Notes: a model not told the origin generated them from the sequence alone. DNA of 64,000 nucleotides from Candidatus Micrarchaeota archaeon (GCA_038046805.1 JBBSVO010000006.1:103314-167313), one strand, 5' to 3'; positions 1-10,533 are shown, numbered from the stretch's first letter. Numbers and translations: made by a program.

Positions 1-16
1 TTGGAACGGTGTGACT

Positions 17-2326
17 TCAGATGCGTTCCGTAACCGTTGCCCCAAATCCTTCTTTTTGTCTTGTTAATTTGTAGCTTGCAGCGAATTCTGAACCCATCAA
101 CCCTTCTTCATGTGTTATCACGATTGTTTGTCCGATAACCTCTGGAACTTTCAATTGCAGGGTCTGTGATAGCAGTTCAACTGCTTCTTTATCAAGATTA
201 TGTGTTGGTTCATCCAGAATAAGCATTCCAAGATTTGGGGTAAGTACGATAGAAAGCGCGATTCTCAGTGCAAGCGCAACACATGCACGTTCTCCTCCGC
301 TTGCGATTCCGTCCAGAGATTTCCAGGTTCCATTTCCATCCTGTATTTCGAATACATAATCTTTGTCTGTTGCAGTAATCCTAACTATGGTAATGTCGGC
401 GTATGGGTATATTATCCTCCAAATATTTCCAATCGCTGAGTTTATTGCCTCTATTAATTCAGTTCTTAATGCAATTTGGGTCTCCATTAAAGAATTTTTG
501 AAAATCGCCAGCTCCTCTTCGATCTGTCCAAGTCTTTTTTCCTCTTTCAGCGCCTTTTTTATGGCCCCAAGTTCTTTTCTCGTTGATTCAAGGAGTTCCG
601 CATGCGCTTTATTTTCTGTTACTAAATTCGTTCGTACGCCATTCAATCTCTCGACATTGACTTTTATTTCAGTTATCGCCGTTCTGAGCTCTTCGAACTT
701 TTTTTCATCAAATCCTATTATGGAAATGGATTCGATCAACTGCTCAAGTCTGGCCTTTGCATTTTCAGTTTCCATTTTCATCTTTAGAAGATTGACCGAA
801 TTATTTATCTGAATCGCAAACTGGTGCGCTTCCAGTGTAAGACCTTCCAAGAATGCCACAATTGAAGTTTTTCTCTCAGTTTCCGAAGTGATTCCAGTTG
901 CGATATTGTTTCGTTCCCCTGCAAGTGAACAGACATCCTCCTGCTGGCTTCTAAGTATCATCACCCTTTGCATGAGTGCATCTATGTCTTTTCCAAGAGT
1001 AGTTAATTGGTTGAGTTTTTTCTTTGATTCGATGAGTCGTATAGATGCACCGGAAATTTTGTTTTTTAGTTCCGCAATGCGCGCCCTTCTTTCATCAATC
1101 AAATGCGTTGCTTTATGCTCCTCAAGTCTGTTTCCGCATACCGGGCATTCCAACATTCCGGGTGCAAGTTGCATAGATATCTTTTCCACTTGCGTTATCT
1201 CAGTTTCTGCTGATTTTCTTTCAGTTTCCAGCGAGATTATCTCTTCTTCAAGAAGTTTTATTTCTGTCGCAACGGTTCCGTGCGGCTTTCCATCAAGAAG
1301 TGCAGTTATTTTTTCCTCAGTAATCTTAAGCTCAACCGCTCCTTTTTCCGAGCTTTTTATTTTGGTATCAAGAACTCCCGCGTTTTTTGAAAGTTTTGCG
1401 ATATTCGCGTCAATACCCTTCAGTTCTTCCCCGGCCTTTATTCTCTTTGCTTCTATCTCATCCCGTTTCTGCTTCATTTCAGAGAGTTTTTCCTCACTAA
1501 TGTCCTTTCCCTCAAGTTCCTTTGTCCATGTCGTAATGTATCCGTCGAGTTTTGTTTTTTCTTTGGAAAGTTCACCGGTTTGTTCCCGCTTCTTTGCCAG
1601 TTCTGTATATTCTGTATCTACTGTTTTTGATTTTTCCATGGCTTTTGAAAATTCTTCTTCTGTGCTTTGGAGTTTTTTCTTTGTTTCTTCAACCGCGATT
1701 GTCAATTCCTTTTCTTTATTTTCGAGTTCTGTAATTTCAAATGCTTTAATGTTCTTCGCAACTGCTTCACGTTCTGCTTTGATTCTGTTCATTAAGGTTA
1801 CTGAATTCGCTCTTGCATCCTCAAACTTGTCCAACCCAAGCAGGTTATCCATTTCTGCCTTTCTTTTCTTTGGTTCAACTGTAAGAAAATAATCTATGTT
1901 GTTCTGTTCGGAATAAACAGCTCTTGAAAACAAATCGAAACTGACCGAAAATAGCTGGCAGACGTAATTCGTTACGGATTTTGTTCCGCGTTCAATTAAT
2001 TTTCCATCCTTGGAAATACTGGCATCAGTATCTGCCCCGCCACTTTTCTTTTTTCGAAGTTCACGGGTAATTGTATATCTAATCCCGTTCCATTCAACAT
2101 CTGCTTTTACTAGCGCATCCTGTTCGTTTAATCGTATAATCTCCTCAAGGCTTGCCTTTCTTCTTTCAATCGCAGGGAATGTCCCGAACAATGCAAAACA
2201 TATCGCGTCAAGAATAGAAGATTTTCCGCTTCCCATTATTCCGATAAGAAGATTTGTTCCTTTTCTGAACTCAAGCGTTGTGTGCGAATGCGAACGCCAG
2301 TTTTTAAGTTCAAGAGAAAGAAGCAT
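17..2326 (-). CDS. rad50: Rad50 double-strand-break repair ATPase (SMC-like)
   Basis: 769 aa. Walker A GIMGSGKSS at the N-terminus, long charged coiled coil, central CPVC zinc hook, C-terminal signature SGGE and Walker B LILDEPT. Confidence 0.9.
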   Translation of the reverse strand: MLLSLELKNWRSHSHTTLEFRKGTNLLIGIMGSGKSSILDAICFALFGTFPAIERRKASLEEIIRLNEQDALVKADVEWNGIRYTITRELRKKKSGGADTDASISKDGKLIERGTKSVTNYVCQLFSVSFDLFSRAVYSEQNNIDYFLTVEPKKRKAEMDNLLGLDKFEDARANSVTLMNRIKAEREAVAKNIKAFEITELENKEKELTIAVEETKKKLQSTEEEFSKAMEKSKTVDTEYTELAKKREQTGELSKEKTKLDGYITTWTKELEGKDISEEKLSEMKQKRDEIEAKRIKAGEELKGIDANIAKLSKNAGVLDTKIKSSEKGAVELKITEEKITALLDGKPHGTVATEIKLLEEEIISLETERKSAETEITQVEKISMQLAPGMLECPVCGNRLEEHKATHLIDERRARIAELKNKISGASIRLIESKKKLNQLTTLGKDIDALMQRVMILRSQQEDVCSLAGERNNIATGITSETERKTSIVAFLEGLTLEAHQFAIQINNSVNLLKMKMETENAKARLEQLIESISIIGFDEKKFEELRTAITEIKVNVERLNGVRTNLVTENKAHAELLESTRKELGAIKKALKEEKRLGQIEEELAIFKNSLMETQIALRTELIEAINSAIGNIWRIIYPYADITIVRITATDKDYVFEIQDGNGTWKSLDGIASGGERACVALALRIALSIVLTPNLGMLILDEPTHNLDKEAVELLSQTLQLKVPEVIGQTIVITHEEGLMGSEFAASYKLTRQKEGFGATVTERI

Positions 2327-2378
2327 GAGAATCCGTAGATGGTATTTGAAGGAAAGGGATAAATTCCTGCATTTTTTG

Positions 2379-2430
2379 GTTTACACGTGTAAACTTTCGG
2401 AAGTTTACATTTGGCAACTGGAAGTTTACA
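2379..2430. promoter_or_regulatory. Candidate operator upstream of rad50: 16-bp palindrome plus two GGAAGTTTACA direct repeats
   Basis: GTTTACACGTGTAAAC at 2379-2394. GGAAGTTTACA at 2399-2409 and 2420-2430. All lie 50-105 bp upstream of the rad50 start codon. Confidence 0.4.
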
Positions 2431-2484
2431 CAGGCCTAATCGTAATCAAGACACAAAACTCTAAACGCTAGACTCAAGACAATC

Positions 2485-3693
2485 TTAGCTCCCATATTTC
2501 TTCCCCTTTCCAATCAAATTCAGAATTATCGGCATCATGTCTTTTCCTTCAACATGTCCAAGTCCGCCCTTCATGCAATTCTGCTCGTCAAACTGTGCGA
2601 CCTCGTCCTGCCGTTCATTCCCCCAAATAAGTATTGGCACTTCGTGGCCGCTGTGTCCGCGCCTTGCGCATGGAGTTGAATGATCCCCGGTAATAATAAG
2701 ATTTGCACCACTTTTTGCAAGCAATGGAATCAATTCCGCATCTATGCGTTCTATCATCTTTGTTTTTCCTTTCGGATCTCCATCGTGCCCGAAGCTATCG
2801 CATGCCTTTACATGCAAGAATATCATATCATTACTTCTAAGTGCAAGCACGGCTTCCTTCGCCTTTTCATGCAGGTTCGTATCCTTTGTTCCGGTTGCGC
2901 CATCTACGGTTACCAGTGTCATTCCGATATATTTCGCAACTCCCCGGTAAAGCGCCCCGCCAGCCACACATGCAGCAGTTATTCCAAATCTTTCTGCGAT
3001 TGGCTGGATTTTTTTGTAAGTTCCCGCACCGCGCAAAAGAATCGCATTTGCTTTTGGTTTTCCGCTTTTTTCCTGCTTTCGGTTCTCTTCATGGGCTTCA
3101 AGATGCTCTCTCGCGATTTTCGTGAATGCATTTACTACCCGCGCGGTCTTTTTCGCTTCTTTGCTTTCATCAAGTGGTTTTGATTCGGGCGAGTATCCGG
3201 TTTTTTGCGAGTCTGTTTCAGAAACATTTGCACTTAATCCGCTTCCGCGCAAAACAAGAACTCCTCTATGTTCAACAGAACTTTTGAATATGCACCGAAT
3301 ATCTTCTATGTCAAAATTAAGAGAACTTTCGAGTTTTTTGGAAATGGTTGTGTCAATTCTTCCGGCCCTTCTGTCTGTTATATTATTTCCCTGCGCAGTG
3401 GCAAAGTTTGCGCGAAATGCAACATCTCCTTCTTTCATTTGCACTCCGACGCCAAGTGCCTCAAGCGGTCCTCGTCCACAATAATATTTTTCTGGTTCAT
3501 ATCCTAAAATGGAAAGATGGCTCGTGTCGCTTCCAGGAACAATTCCCCGTTTTATAGTGCTTAACATCCCGGTTATTCCTTCCTTTGTCAGCCTATCCAA
3601 ATTCTTCTTTTTTGCAGTTTGGAGAGGGCTATTCGGAGTGAGATCTCCTAATCCATCTATTATAATCAGTATCGCCTTGTTGTTTGCACCCAT
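2485..3693 (-). CDS. apgM: 2,3-bisphosphoglycerate-independent phosphoglycerate mutase, archaeal ApgM type
   Basis: 402 aa. N-terminus AILIIIDGLGD...PLQTAKKKNLDRL, then GSDTSHLSILGYEP..YY.GRGPLEALG and C-terminal ITGDHSTP, as in the ApgM/metalloenzyme superfamily. Confidence 0.85.
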   Translation of the reverse strand: MGANNKAILIIIDGLGDLTPNSPLQTAKKKNLDRLTKEGITGMLSTIKRGIVPGSDTSHLSILGYEPEKYYCGRGPLEALGVGVQMKEGDVAFRANFATAQGNNITDRRAGRIDTTISKKLESSLNFDIEDIRCIFKSSVEHRGVLVLRGSGLSANVSETDSQKTGYSPESKPLDESKEAKKTARVVNAFTKIAREHLEAHEENRKQEKSGKPKANAILLRGAGTYKKIQPIAERFGITAACVAGGALYRGVAKYIGMTLVTVDGATGTKDTNLHEKAKEAVLALRSNDMIFLHVKACDSFGHDGDPKGKTKMIERIDAELIPLLAKSGANLIITGDHSTPCARRGHSGHEVPILIWGNERQDEVAQFDEQNCMKGGLGHVEGKDMMPIILNLIGKGKKYGS

Positions 3694-3772
3694 ATAATCA
3701 TCTCATATTTAATTCTTCCTTTCTTTCCGGCTATGTTTATATTCTTAACTGCGTAATTCATGCGGTGATCCA

Positions 3773-4867
3773 ATGTTTGATGATATTCTTTCAGCAGCTA
3801 AAGGAAGTTCGGCAGATTCCAGCTCAAAGATTGAGCCAGTGAATGAAGAAGATGGGCATGTGCGTATTGCAGTAATCGGAGTTGGCGGAGCAGGATGCAA
3901 CTGTGTTGATAGGCTTACAAAACTTGGCATCAAAAGTGCGACAACAATTGGTCTGAATACTGATGCAAAGCACATAAACATGATTCAGGCACACAAGAAA
4001 ATCCTTATTGGAAAAACAATTACAAGAGGGCTTGGTGCAGGTGGGTATGCAGATGTCGCAAGAAAGGCAGCAGAAGCAGATCGTGAAATGCTCAAAAGAG
4101 AGATTGGAGAAAATGAACTTGTTTTCATCGTAGCAGGTATGGGTGGCGGAACCGGTGGAGGTGCTGCCCCTGTTGTTGCGGAAATAGCAAAGGAGCAGGG
4201 TGCAATAGTCGTTTCAATAGTAACCTATCCATTTGCCCTTGAGCGTGTTCGTATCAAAAACGCACAAATACAGATAAAAAATCTTGTTCAGAAATCTGAC
4301 ACCGTGGTTGTTATAGATAACAACAGGCTTGCAACCTATGTGCCAAACCTTCCAATTGACAAGGCATTTGAGCTTGCAGATTCAATCACATCTCGAGCAG
4401 TAATTGGAATTGCAGACACAATAATGTTCCCAAGCCTCATGAATGTTGATTTTGCTGATGTAAGGGCTGTAATGCAAGGTGGTGGACTTGCAATGATCTC
4501 TCTCGGAGAAGGAAGTGGGATGGATCGTGTTCAAAATGTAGTGAAAGACACTCTTGAACATCCGCTTCTTGATGTAAATTATGAAGGCGCAAAAGGCTGT
4601 ATGTTGCATATCGAAGGTGGTCCAGACCTTACGCTTGGAGATGTCATAAAAACAGGGGAAATCCTCACACAGAGTTTTGATCCAACCTCTGGGATAAAGG
4701 TTGGTGCAAGGGTTAATCCAAACATGGGGGAAACAATCCGCGTGACTGCAATAATAACTGGCGTGCGCTCCCCGTATATCTTCAAAAAGGATGATGAAGG
4801 TGCAGGTCTTGATCTGGCCGCAACCGCTTCTAGTGGCGGTGGGGATTCAGCGCTCCAATACCTCTAG
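3773..4867 (+). CDS. ftsZ: Cell division GTPase FtsZ
   Basis: 364 aa. GVGGAGCNCVDRL and tubulin signature GMGGGTGGGAAPVVAEIAKE, NVDFADV motif, acidic/Gly-rich C-terminal tail. Confidence 0.95.
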   Translation: MFDDILSAAKGSSADSSSKIEPVNEEDGHVRIAVIGVGGAGCNCVDRLTKLGIKSATTIGLNTDAKHINMIQAHKKILIGKTITRGLGAGGYADVARKAAEADREMLKREIGENELVFIVAGMGGGTGGGAAPVVAEIAKEQGAIVVSIVTYPFALERVRIKNAQIQIKNLVQKSDTVVVIDNNRLATYVPNLPIDKAFELADSITSRAVIGIADTIMFPSLMNVDFADVRAVMQGGGLAMISLGEGSGMDRVQNVVKDTLEHPLLDVNYEGAKGCMLHIEGGPDLTLGDVIKTGEILTQSFDPTSGIKVGARVNPNMGETIRVTAIITGVRSPYIFKKDDEGAGLDLAATASSGGGDSALQYL

Positions 4868-4902
4868 TCTTTTATTCTTTCTTATTTAATTTTTCTATAT
4901 CC

Positions 4903-4927
4903 TGAGCCAACTAAAAAAGTTGGCTCA
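4903..4927 (+). terminator. Hairpin just downstream of ftsZ
   Basis: TGAGCCAAC-taaaaaa-GTTGGCTCA, a perfect 9-bp stem, preceded by T-rich sequence 35 nt after the ftsZ stop. Confidence 0.5.
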
Positions 4928-4930
4928 ATC

Positions 4931-4994
4931 TATACTGAACCAACGAGATAGAACTCAGGAAATAAAATCGGTATTACTTGGTTGGTTCAGTATA
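4931..4994. repeat. 14-bp perfect inverted repeat enclosing 36 nt (candidate small structured RNA or protein-binding site)
   Basis: TATACTGAACCAAC (4931-4944) and GTTGGTTCAGTATA (4981-4994) are exact reverse complements, located between ftsZ and aglB. Confidence 0.4.
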
Positions 4995-5031
4995 TCTCCG
5001 AAGTTATGTACTGTTTGTGACGTGATTTGCT

Positions 5032-8000
5032 ATGTCTTTGGTATTATTCGATTCCTGGTTAATGTTGGTCTGGATTTTCATTACATCGTTTATTCCAGGT
5101 GCGTTGCTGGCCATTTCCATTCTTAAGCGCAGTGAACTCAGGCTATTCGAAAAAATATTGATTGGTTTTGGAATCGGATTCTCTCTTCCTCAACTCATTC
5201 CATACCTGCTTTCTTTTGTAGGAATAAAATTCTCATTCGGAATTGCAATTTTATCTACTCTGGTTTTCTATGCAATTGCAATTGCTCTTTTCCTGAAGGA
5301 AAAGCCATTCGAAGGCTTTAAATTCGAGTTTCCAAAACTTAGTGTCGAAGAGCTGAAGAATATCGAAGCACCTGTATGGAGCTGTATTGTCGCAGCAATT
5401 TTGGTTATAATAATGCTTTCTGCATTCGTGCTTCGTATCTCATCCAGCAGCCCCGTATTTTCTGAGCTTGATCCGTATTATTATACCTATGGGGCTCAGC
5501 AGATAGTCACGCTTGGCGAAATGCCTCTTAATGATGAAACTGCATGGTTTGAGGATGTAAACGGTGATGACATCTCGGAGACAAAGGTGGATCACCGTTC
5601 CCATCCAGTTCTTTTGTATATGGAAGCTGCATGGTACTCGTTCTATACAATGGGTGCGGATGCCGCGCAATATGATAATTATCTTTTGGCATTGGTTGCA
5701 GGTGCATACCCGCCAGTGGCAGCTGCCCTTGCATTCTTTTTCCTTTACCTGTTTTTCGCAGCCAATTACCCGCGTCAATTCGCTCTCATAGGAGCTGCAG
5801 TGGCATCATTTGTTCCGATTCTTGTGCTTAAACTTTCATCTGGAGAGATGGAAGTCCAGCCGTATGCATTTTTTGCGCTCGGGTTTTTCCTTTCAGCATA
5901 TGCCTGGGGGGCAAAGGAGAAAAAATTCGAGAATTCACTTCCATTCGCGCTCGTGGCTGCGCTTGGATACATTGCTCTCGCGTTGGGGAGCTCATCCGCA
6001 GTCGTCGGCGTTTCTGCCATGGCTATATTCATCGGAATCCAGTCAATTTTAATGTTCCTAAAATCCCCGGAAACACGTGAAAACTTACTTGATTTTGCAA
6101 AGTTTAATATCGTTATCATCGGAATTGCATTGTTTCTTGTAGCTACAATAATCCATCCCATTTATAGAAACGGAGTCTTCACCTTTGAATATCTTTACAC
6201 CGGTCCTGCTGTTTATATGATAATGGCTCTTGCACCGACTTTGCTGGCATTGGCCCTGTATTATTTGCGCAATATGATAAAGGACATAGAAACAATGTTC
6301 TATACTCTTGGGGGTATTATCCTCTTCGGTATGCTTGTATTTTTCTTTACTCCGCTCAAAACATTTATCTCGCAGGGTGCAATGAGTGGTCTCACAACAG
6401 CCACATTTGACACTGCACTGAAGCGCACTATCGCAGAACAGGGTGCAAGCGGAGCTCTTTTCCAGGGTCAGCTTGGTTTCATGGCAGCCACCCCCCAGGA
6501 AGTCGCGGAAACATTCCTTCCACCATCTATCTTCGGAGATTTGACAAATCTTGCGACTTCCCTTCTTGGAAAGATTTTCGCACCGCTTTCGGTTTTTGCC
6601 AATACGTTGTTCTCGATTATTTTTGCTGTGGTTAATGCACTTTTCAATGCAGGAATCTCCTATGATACAAAAGAAACGAGTCTCTTGCTGGTTATAATAT
6701 CTCTTTCGTTCCTGGGAATTCTTTATTCTGCTTACCGCTCAATTAAGGGAAGCGGTAGTGAGCTGACGCTGTTCGCACTTTATGCCGCGGTTCTCTTTCC
6801 CCCGGCATTGGTTGGCCTTCTCAAAGCCAAATATACAATTTACGTTGGTTTCTTTTTCGCAGGCGCAATCGGACTTGTGTTTGCAGAGATTTTCATCGCA
6901 GGCTCGGCACTTATAAAAAGATTCTATTCCGAGAAAGAAGAGCTCGTGCGGAAATACATTACGGGTCTGTTCGCCTTTCTGTTCCTTTTCGGGCTTTTGT
7001 TTTCCTATCTTCAGTTTACCCACGAAGATTTTTCTTCTTCAATCCTGTATAACTCCTACAAATTGCGTTTCCAGGACAATCCAGCTGCATTCAAGGAAAA
7101 GCTTACCCAGGTATGTAACCAGCTCCAGCTTTCAGGTGGATACGACGCGGAAATATGTGAGGCTGCAAAAGATCCGGTTGCATACGCATCACGTGGAATA
7201 AACTATCAATTTGACCAGAAACTATGTTCAATTACTATTCCGGATAATCCGTTTACTGCTACGGCCTCCGAGCAGCGCGCAATAAGCTTCAAATGCCAGC
7301 GACTTGCAGTATCCTGGATAAACGTCATGGAATGGATTCGCTTTAACACAGAAAAGGACGCGCGCGTAATTTCCTGGTGGGACTATGGCCACTGGCTTAA
7401 TTTCTTTGGCCAGAGAAACGCAGTTATACGAAATGAGCACATCTCATTGAAAATGATCGGCGAAGTTGCAAAAGGATATCTTCATGATACTCCGGAAGAG
7501 CTTGCTGCGTATATGAAATCCCATGATTCAAAATATGCATTGTTTGACGGAGAATTGGTTCTTTCAGGTGGCACAGTTTTTGGCGGAAAATATGGCGCTT
7601 TGAATTACCTTTCGTGTAACGCGATGGGTAAGACGGATGTATCATATAGTCCCGGTACCTCTCCATGCGAACTTGAACAGCTTTGGGAAACAATTTACGT
7701 ACCAAGGACCGGAGGAGTGCAGCAGTGTTATGTGTCTATATCTTCCGGGAAGGCAGGAATTCTTGCGTACAGATTAAAGGTTACACAAAACCCAGACGGA
7801 GGGCTAAATTCAGGTCTTGAGCCAGCTTATTGCGTGAGCGATGTTGTTCTTGCAGATGGCCAGAAGGTGCTTGCGACTTATGAATTAAACCAAAAAGATG
7901 CTGCCGGAAACCTGAAGCTCAACAAGGCAATCCTTCAGCAGAATTATGAAACACAGGATGGTGTTGCTGTAATGTCTGCGTATTACACAAAGGATAAGAT

Positions 8001-8163
8001 ATGGAAGGAAGGCAACTCCACAGTTGATGGCTATTCTGACAGAAAAGGAAAATTCTATGATTCAAACCTTTACAAGGCGTATTTCCTGGAAGACCTTCCG
8101 GGATTCAAACTGGTTTACAAGACTGCTGGAAATGAGATAAAGATATTCAAGCTGGAGGAATAA
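5032..8163 (+). CDS. aglB: Oligosaccharyltransferase AglB (STT3 family)
   Basis: 1043 aa. About 13 N-terminal hydrophobic segments, ELDPYYYTY in the first loop, catalytic WWDYGHW motif, large soluble C-terminal domain. Confidence 0.9.
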   Translation: MSLVLFDSWLMLVWIFITSFIPGALLAISILKRSELRLFEKILIGFGIGFSLPQLIPYLLSFVGIKFSFGIAILSTLVFYAIAIALFLKEKPFEGFKFEFPKLSVEELKNIEAPVWSCIVAAILVIIMLSAFVLRISSSSPVFSELDPYYYTYGAQQIVTLGEMPLNDETAWFEDVNGDDISETKVDHRSHPVLLYMEAAWYSFYTMGADAAQYDNYLLALVAGAYPPVAAALAFFFLYLFFAANYPRQFALIGAAVASFVPILVLKLSSGEMEVQPYAFFALGFFLSAYAWGAKEKKFENSLPFALVAALGYIALALGSSSAVVGVSAMAIFIGIQSILMFLKSPETRENLLDFAKFNIVIIGIALFLVATIIHPIYRNGVFTFEYLYTGPAVYMIMALAPTLLALALYYLRNMIKDIETMFYTLGGIILFGMLVFFFTPLKTFISQGAMSGLTTATFDTALKRTIAEQGASGALFQGQLGFMAATPQEVAETFLPPSIFGDLTNLATSLLGKIFAPLSVFANTLFSIIFAVVNALFNAGISYDTKETSLLLVIISLSFLGILYSAYRSIKGSGSELTLFALYAAVLFPPALVGLLKAKYTIYVGFFFAGAIGLVFAEIFIAGSALIKRFYSEKEELVRKYITGLFAFLFLFGLLFSYLQFTHEDFSSSILYNSYKLRFQDNPAAFKEKLTQVCNQLQLSGGYDAEICEAAKDPVAYASRGINYQFDQKLCSITIPDNPFTATASEQRAISFKCQRLAVSWINVMEWIRFNTEKDARVISWWDYGHWLNFFGQRNAVIRNEHISLKMIGEVAKGYLHDTPEELAAYMKSHDSKYALFDGELVLSGGTVFGGKYGALNYLSCNAMGKTDVSYSPGTSPCELEQLWETIYVPRTGGVQQCYVSISSGKAGILAYRLKVTQNPDGGLNSGLEPAYCVSDVVLADGQKVLATYELNQKDAAGNLKLNKAILQQNYETQDGVAVMSAYYTKDKIWKEGNSTVDGYSDRKGKFYDSNLYKAYFLEDLPGFKLVYKTAGNEIKIFKLEE

Positions 8164-8261
8164 TCTGGGTTACGCCGTGGAGCGTCACTGTGCGTCCGGG
8201 TCAGTGGGCAAAAAACCAATTGTGACATTCCTTTTTAATCTTTTCCAGCGTCAGTAATAGC

Positions 8262-9185
8262 GTGGGAGGCCCTGCTGAAGTAACTCCGGCGAAGGTGAGG
8301 GTTGCACGCAATTCAGTCACGGCTCTTGCATCCACAATGGGCAGGACAGTCGGGAATATCGCTTCTTTTGGAAAATGGTTTAGTGAAGACGTAGAGTATA
8401 TACCAAAAAAAGAATTGGAAACCGCGATAAGGAGAAAGGATTTCAAACAACTCGCCAGGGTGCTTTATGCGTGTGACCAGGAAAAAGTGCTTAGGCAGAT
8501 CGTTCGAGATATCGAGGGGTATCTCTCAAACTTATTGCAACGCCAGGGGGGCGCCAGCATATTCGGTGGATTTTTAGACAATGCCATGAAGCATTGCAGT
8601 GAGCCATTGGAGTACGGTGGGGTGCCGCCCCCTTATGGTGGAGAGGTTCTCCTGAAAGCGTTTGTAGTTTACTGTGAAAGCAAGGACATTTCCGACAGGG
8701 CACTTTCCAAACTGATGTCTATGGGTCAGTATGATGTGATTTCTGAAATGGTCGAAACCGCCAAGGCAGAGGAAAGAAGGCGCTCCTGCTTGAGGATTTT
8801 GGAGGAAAATTTAGGGTTGCTGGTTGATGGCGGGGTTGATCCGGTGCTAAGGGTTGTACGAAAGCACACAAAGAACGATATTACGAGGCAAAGGCTTGAT
8901 AAATTCCTGGCCATTGACGTAGGGATTAGAAGAGGGCTGCAACGGTTGGCAGCACAGGAGGATTTCAGGAAAATCGTAGATCTATCCCGTACACGGCAGT
9001 TGCAGGGTTGCGCGGAATTCGTGCTTGATCTATTCGAAAGGAACCTAGAGCGGGTTATTGCAACACAGGACGATGGTGTAATCTCATTTGTTTCAAATTC
9101 TACTCAAAATCCGATAATAAAAAAACGGCTGGAGTCGCTTCCAAGAACGCAGGCATCTAGTGAGACGCAGGGGCAGACAGGTTGA
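8262..9185 (+). CDS. Hypothetical protein (helical, no recognised motif)
   Basis: 307-aa ORF with a GTG start in the track. Protein-like composition and no competing ORF of similar length. Start codon uncertain. Confidence 0.55.
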   Translation: MGGPAEVTPAKVRVARNSVTALASTMGRTVGNIASFGKWFSEDVEYIPKKELETAIRRKDFKQLARVLYACDQEKVLRQIVRDIEGYLSNLLQRQGGASIFGGFLDNAMKHCSEPLEYGGVPPPYGGEVLLKAFVVYCESKDISDRALSKLMSMGQYDVISEMVETAKAEERRRSCLRILEENLGLLVDGGVDPVLRVVRKHTKNDITRQRLDKFLAIDVGIRRGLQRLAAQEDFRKIVDLSRTRQLQGCAEFVLDLFERNLERVIATQDDGVISFVSNSTQNPIIKKRLESLPRTQASSETQGQTG

Positions 9186-9207
9186 GTTGCCCATCTTTGA
9201 CGTTATA

Positions 9208-10503
9208 TTATATCCTCTTGCCGATAAGTCCGCCATAATTCGCACCAATGATTTTCACCATCGCCCTCGCGCCGATCTTTCCATGATACTCCTTCACCGC
9301 AACCTGCTTGTATTCATTTGTTCTTCCAGTGAAATCATTATGCCTGCCAAATTGTTTCTCGGTTATCAGGGCGCTTACAACTGTTCCGACCAATTCCCTG
9401 TTTTTTTCTGCCTGGATTCTCCTCGTTACTTCCGCGAGTTTGGCGCTCCTTTTCTTTACAATCTGGGTTGGCAGTTGCTTCATCTTCTTTGCAACCGTTC
9501 CCTCTCGCGGGGAAAATTTTGAAACATTCGTAATATCCGGGCGGATTTTTTCAATAAGCCGCACGGTTTCCTCAAAATCAGCTTCAGTCTCGGTCGGATA
9601 TCCAACAATAATATCCGTCGCAATCGTTATATCTGGAATTTTTTTCCGCATTGCGTCTACGACTTCATAAAAGTCCTTTACTGTATGCTGTCTGTTCATC
9701 TCCATACAAACGCGCTCGCTTCCGCTTTGCACCGGAATATGAATAAATTTGTACATTCTTTCATGTGAGAGCGCCTTGACAAGCGCACCGAGCATCCTTT
9801 TTGCGTGCTGTGGATTTATCATTCCGAGCCTGACCCGAAAATCTCCCTTGGTTTTGCAGATGGCTGAAAGAAGAGCCGGAAGATCTGTTTCAGTTCCAGT
9901 CTTACTCCCAATCCCGTAAACACCCGAATCCATTGCAGTGAGTTGTATCTCCTTTGCACCGTGCGCCATTCCATCCTCAACCCATTTCAGGATTGTTTTT
10001 GGGTGGTAACTGAATAGGAATGGTCTTGCAATTTTGGTCTGGCAAAAATGGCATTTACTTGTGCAGCCTTCGCAAATTGGAATCCTCATTATAGGCGCGG
10101 TTATCGGACGGCTGGCAGTTTCCTTATCCTCTCTATTTTTGTATACTGTTCCGTTTCCAGAGAGTGCGTCGTTTACTGCCTTAGCTACACTAGCGATCGA
10201 AGTTGTTCCAACAATCGCTGCGTGCGGATTTATTTTTTTAATTAGCCGCTCGTTCGCGCTCATACACCCTGCAATTACAAGCGGAACTTTATTTTTTGTC
10301 AGTTTTTTCATGCGTTCCGCGATTTTGTTTTCTGTTGCTCCTTTCACTGTACAGGTGTTGATGACTACGGTATCCGCAGAGCTTTCGCTGGCAGTTAATT
10401 CATATCCGCTTTTTTTCAGAGATAAGGAAATTATGTCACTGTCGCTTTGGTTCAAGGTGCAGCCGTATGTTTCAATATACACTTTATTGCGTTTCGCAAT
10501 CAC
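9208..10503 (-). CDS. Radical-SAM tRNA methylthiotransferase (MiaB/MtaB/CDKAL1 family)
   Basis: 431 aa. N-terminal UPF0004 domain YIETYGCTLNQSDSD, radical-SAM CTSKCHFC (Cx3Cx2C), C-terminal TRAM-like segment. Confidence 0.85.
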   Translation of the reverse strand: MIAKRNKVYIETYGCTLNQSDSDIISLSLKKSGYELTASESSADTVVINTCTVKGATENKIAERMKKLTKNKVPLVIAGCMSANERLIKKINPHAAIVGTTSIASVAKAVNDALSGNGTVYKNREDKETASRPITAPIMRIPICEGCTSKCHFCQTKIARPFLFSYHPKTILKWVEDGMAHGAKEIQLTAMDSGVYGIGSKTGTETDLPALLSAICKTKGDFRVRLGMINPQHAKRMLGALVKALSHERMYKFIHIPVQSGSERVCMEMNRQHTVKDFYEVVDAMRKKIPDITIATDIIVGYPTETEADFEETVRLIEKIRPDITNVSKFSPREGTVAKKMKQLPTQIVKKRSAKLAEVTRRIQAEKNRELVGTVVSALITEKQFGRHNDFTGRTNEYKQVAVKEYHGKIGARAMVKIIGANYGGLIGKRI

Positions 10504-10533
10504 TTAACTGCACCTCGAATTCGCACACCGTTT

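Noticed and set aside
888-1892. 334-aa plus-strand ORF inside rad50 (with the similar 363..812 and 2010..2471 ORFs)
   Set aside because: It is antisense to the well-supported rad50 coiled-coil region. Its translation is Ser/Phe-rich low complexity, as expected for the complement of Glu/Lys-rich codons.
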